In this document: one piece after another, positions 60,376 to 64,000 of the stretch
Layout: every line of letters begins with the position of its first letter
How positions within the stretch are numbered: the stretch's first letter is position 1
Origin: Narcine bancroftii
Lineage: Eukaryota
NCBI RefSeq assembly: GCF_036971445.1
Contig: NC_091473.1
Location: 206,460,001-206,524,000, forward strand
Length of the DNA stretch: 64,000 nucleotides
Reading direction: 5' to 3'
Translations under genes and position numbers: made by a program
Notes under the pieces: generated by a model
Database searches by the model: none
What the model saw: only the letters and a program-made list of their open reading frames with translations
Told to the model about the DNA's origin: nothing

Positions 60376-63300
60376 AATATGTATATTGAAAGCAATATGT
60401 ATATTGAATTATGTTTGGAATCACCATCTCTGGCAGAGTTTCAGAAAGCAAAAAGTATGATTTGATGAACATTGCTGAACATTTGTAACTTGCTGAAGGA
60501 AACTATCCATGATAAAGGAGGAGATTGTGTAAATTATAGGAAGTAAATATGTAGATGATGGAGAATTTGAAGAGACGGAATTAGAGAAATTCCTTGACAG
60601 TATATCCTTTGAGCAGCAGCTGGCGTTGAAAAGGATTGAAATAAAAACTGAGGCAGAGGAAAGAAAAATTCAAATGGAGTTAGAAGTAAAAGAGAGACAA
60701 AGGTGTTTCGAAACAGAGAAGAGACAAACCAGAGGTCTACCTTCGTTCAATTGAGAAGTTTATAGCCAGTAGAGGGCTGATGTTAGTACCTCCATTTGAT
60801 GAATGTGAAACTGATAAATACTTTAAACCTTTTGAAAAGGTTACTGAAAGTTTAAAATTATCACTAGTCCTTCATGTCACAAAGTGTAATTAAAGGGAAA
60901 GCACAGCAGTCTTACTCGGCCCTGACTGCAGAACAAGCTGGTAATTATGCGATAGTAAAGAAATCAACGATTAAAGATTATGAATTTGTTCCTGAAGCTT
61001 ACAGACTAAAATTCATTACTTTGAGGAGATCAGTAAATCAATCTCTTATGAATTTTGCCTATGATAAACTATGTGATTTCACCGATGGTGTGCATCAAAA
61101 GAAATAAAGAATTATTATAACAGATTAAAAGAACTGATGTTAGTTGAATAAATAAAAACATGAGTTAATATGATATAAAACCTTACTTAGATGATATAAA
61201 ATTAGGAAATTGGCAAGAATCTGCTAAGTTTTCCAATGAGTGTGCTCTGACCCACAAGATTAGGTTTATACCCAATAATTTCTTTCAAAGTGCTAATGTA
61301 GTTCATTGCAGTAAATTAGAGAATAATTCAGTAAATGATGTTGGAATTAAAATGATGGGAAATAGGAAAGTGAAATACCTTCAGTTCCCGTTCGGTATTA
61401 ATGTAGAAAACCTGGTCATGTGATAGCAAATTGTTATAAGCTGACGAAAAAGATACTGCACCAGATGCTTGGCACCAAAGGCATCATTACAAACAAAAAT
61501 ACCTGTTTTTGGAGAACCCTTTCTAGAGTTATTGTGGATTGTGAAGGTCCATTGCCTAAGACAAAAGCTGGTAATCAGTATTTGTTAAATGTTATGTGTG
61601 CAGCTTCCAGGTGTCCAAAAGCTATTCCACTTAGAAACATAATAGCTAAATTCATAACTAAAGCTTTGGTTAAATTATTTACATTAGTGGGATTCCTGAA
61701 CGTAATTCAATCGGATCAATTAAGTAATTTATGTGAGGTATTTTCAAACAAATTATTTATAAAATGTGAGTTCAAAAATTATTTCATCTGTATTTAATCC
61801 TGAAATTCAAGGAGCATTGGAGAGATTTCGTTCGACACACAAGAGCAAGATGAGGATCTATTGCTGTTTATTACTCATGGTTCATAACACAAGTTGGGAC
61901 TTTTACGAGATTTTAAGCCGCACCGGTCACACCCAAACTGAAAATTATACCCGAGACCTGTTGCTGGTACAATGAGACGCATTGGAATGAGGCTATCCAT
62001 TTGATTCTGTTTGCAGTAAAATTAGTCTCTAGGTGAATCATTAGGCTTCAGTCCAGTTCAGCTGGTGTTTCGACATCAATTAGACCACCTTTATAATGAT
62101 GTTGAAAGAACAATGGGTTAATGAGGATGTGCATTTAGGTTTATTGAAGAAAGTCTAGGAATTGGTGCAAGAGGATTTGATGTTGGCACAAGGAAAGATA
62201 AAACCCAGGTATGATAGGAAAGCTGAAGTGAAGCATTTTTTAAAAAGCAAGATAAAGTGTTAATTATTTCCCAACAAACTCCAGTCCACTAAGGGCTAGA
62301 TTTTCAGGACCGTATGAAATAGAATCAAAGAAAATGATTCGGTTATTTTGTTAAAACACCTGATCAGAGACACAAAAAATAAAACTGGCACTTGAATATG
62401 TTGAAGCAAATATTTTGAGATTCCATGTGCTGGTAATGGACAAACTTCGCTCGAGGTACTGTTGACAAGATGAAAGAATTTATGAATCATGAGACAGTAC
62501 AAGTTGGCTATTATTGGGTCATTTTAAACAAAATATTGTCCAGGTTCGACTGTATAATTCAACTTTTTGCTGAATAAGAATGATATGATAGATAATAGAA
62601 ATCCCCGGGAAAAGGAGCAATTGAAACATATAATTTCAAAATTTGTTTCCAGGTGTGCCTGAAAGAACATCACATATTTGTCATGAAGGGGATGTGGGAG
62701 AGGTGCATCCAATAAAACAACACCTCTGTCGAATAAACATTGGAAAATGCAAAGGTGAAATATATGTTGGGAAATTATATTATTGAACCTTAGAACTTAA
62801 ATTGGAATTCTCCCTGTGTTCTGGTACCTAAAGCAAATGGAAACATTAGAACCTGTTCAAATTAAAGAAAGTTTAATTCAACACCCAAAACAGATGCTTA
62901 TGCCATTCTTAGATTTGATAATTGTGTGATACAATTGGCAAATCTAAATTTATTACTAAGATTGATATGCTGAAACGTTACTGGTGCGTGCTACAACTGA
63001 AAAAGGAGAGGATCGTTCCACATTTGTGACACCCTCAGGATCATACGAATATAATGTGCTACCTTCTGGCATGAAAATTACCCCAGGGATATTTCAAAGG
63101 ATGTTAAAATATGTAATCCAAGTTTTAAAAAAATACATTTCTTAAACTGATCATTTGGTTACAATAAGGGAGAGATAGGAAGAACATTTGATGGAACTGG
63201 AGAAATTGTTTGCAAGATTACCTGTAGCAAAGTTAACTATCAATTTAGCTAAAGGCAAATTTGGACATGGTACTGTGACATAGTAAGGACAGGTAGTTGT

Positions 63301-63925
63301 TCAGAGAAAAGCTACGCCTATTCAAGCGAAAGTGCAGGTAATTTCTAAATTCCCATTTTGAATGGCAAGAAATAGTGAGAAGGTTGTTTTTGGGAAATGA
63401 CAGGATATGATGGAAAGTTTTTCAAGAATTTTGCGGACGTGACTCATTTAACAATTATTCTGAGGAAGTGGAGAAATTTGAGTGGAAAAATTTGTGTCGG
63501 AAAGCTTTAGAAAAATTAAAGGAGCTATCGTGTCATAACCCATTTTAAAATGATTTGGACAAACCGTATTCTTCAGCGTTGGATCCGAGTGAACTTGCTG
63601 AGGGAACAGTGTTATTCTAAAAGTGTGATTGTTATGGCATTGATTATCCAATGGCTTATGTTTCCACAAAATTCAATAAACATCCAAAAATTCATCTACC
63701 GTACAGAAAGAACTATTTCACTTGTTTTGTCGTTGCAGTACTTCGATGTTTATATCTCCACAGCCCAGGGACCAATTATTGTCTATTCTTAAGAAAGATG
63801 AAAAACAAAAACAAAATATCGAAGTTTATAAAACTGGAGTTTAATTCTGAAAGAATATAATTTAATGATAACGTACATTAAAGGCAAAGATAATGTAATA
63901 TCCGATTGCATTTTGCGATGATAAG
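60376..63925 (+). mobile_element. Decayed Gmr1-type gypsy element (gag, integrase, then RT-RNaseH)
   Basis: Gag VPPFDE..DKYF..FEK and CRKPGHVIANC; integrase RVIVDCEGPLPKT..IQSDQ at ~61520-61870 precedes RT (NSPCVLVPKANG, TKIDMLKRYW) and RNaseH end (HIKGKDNVISD). Confidence 0.82.
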
Positions 63926-64000
63926 ATTGCAATGTTTCACAACAAAAAGAAACTATTAGTTGTATATGTTTCTAAAAAGAATGTTATTTGTCTGTATTAT

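Overview
Vertebrate genomic DNA, almost certainly a cartilaginous fish (inferred from the NAR-TCR cassette), from a T-cell receptor alpha/delta locus. Most of the window is nested transposable elements. Host immune sequence is all on the minus strand. (i) A NAR-TCR-type doubly rearranging cassette at 30.5-33.3 kb: leader, IgNAR-like V with an extra FR1 Cys, RSS, a long J, then a leaderless supporting TCRdelta V with a CDR1 Cys and a 23-RSS. (ii) An apparently intact conventional TCR alpha/delta V at 53.4-53.9 kb. Retroviral content: a 5'-truncated class I provirus with ERV3-like env and an MLV-style gag amber readthrough pseudoknot (699-8408). Two independent, oppositely oriented insertions of one class III (ERV-L/ERV-S-like) provirus family (11734-18690 and 36173-42777) have a tRNA-Ser(CGA) PBS and 5-bp TSDs. 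In place of env they carry a ~148-codon signal-peptide/transmembrane ORF. The rest is decayed L1, CR1, Rex1-like LINEs, SINEs, a Ty3/gypsy element and a Gmr1-type gypsy element, plus four assembly gaps. All family assignments come from recognising motifs by eye, not from database searches, and boundaries of decayed elements are approximate.
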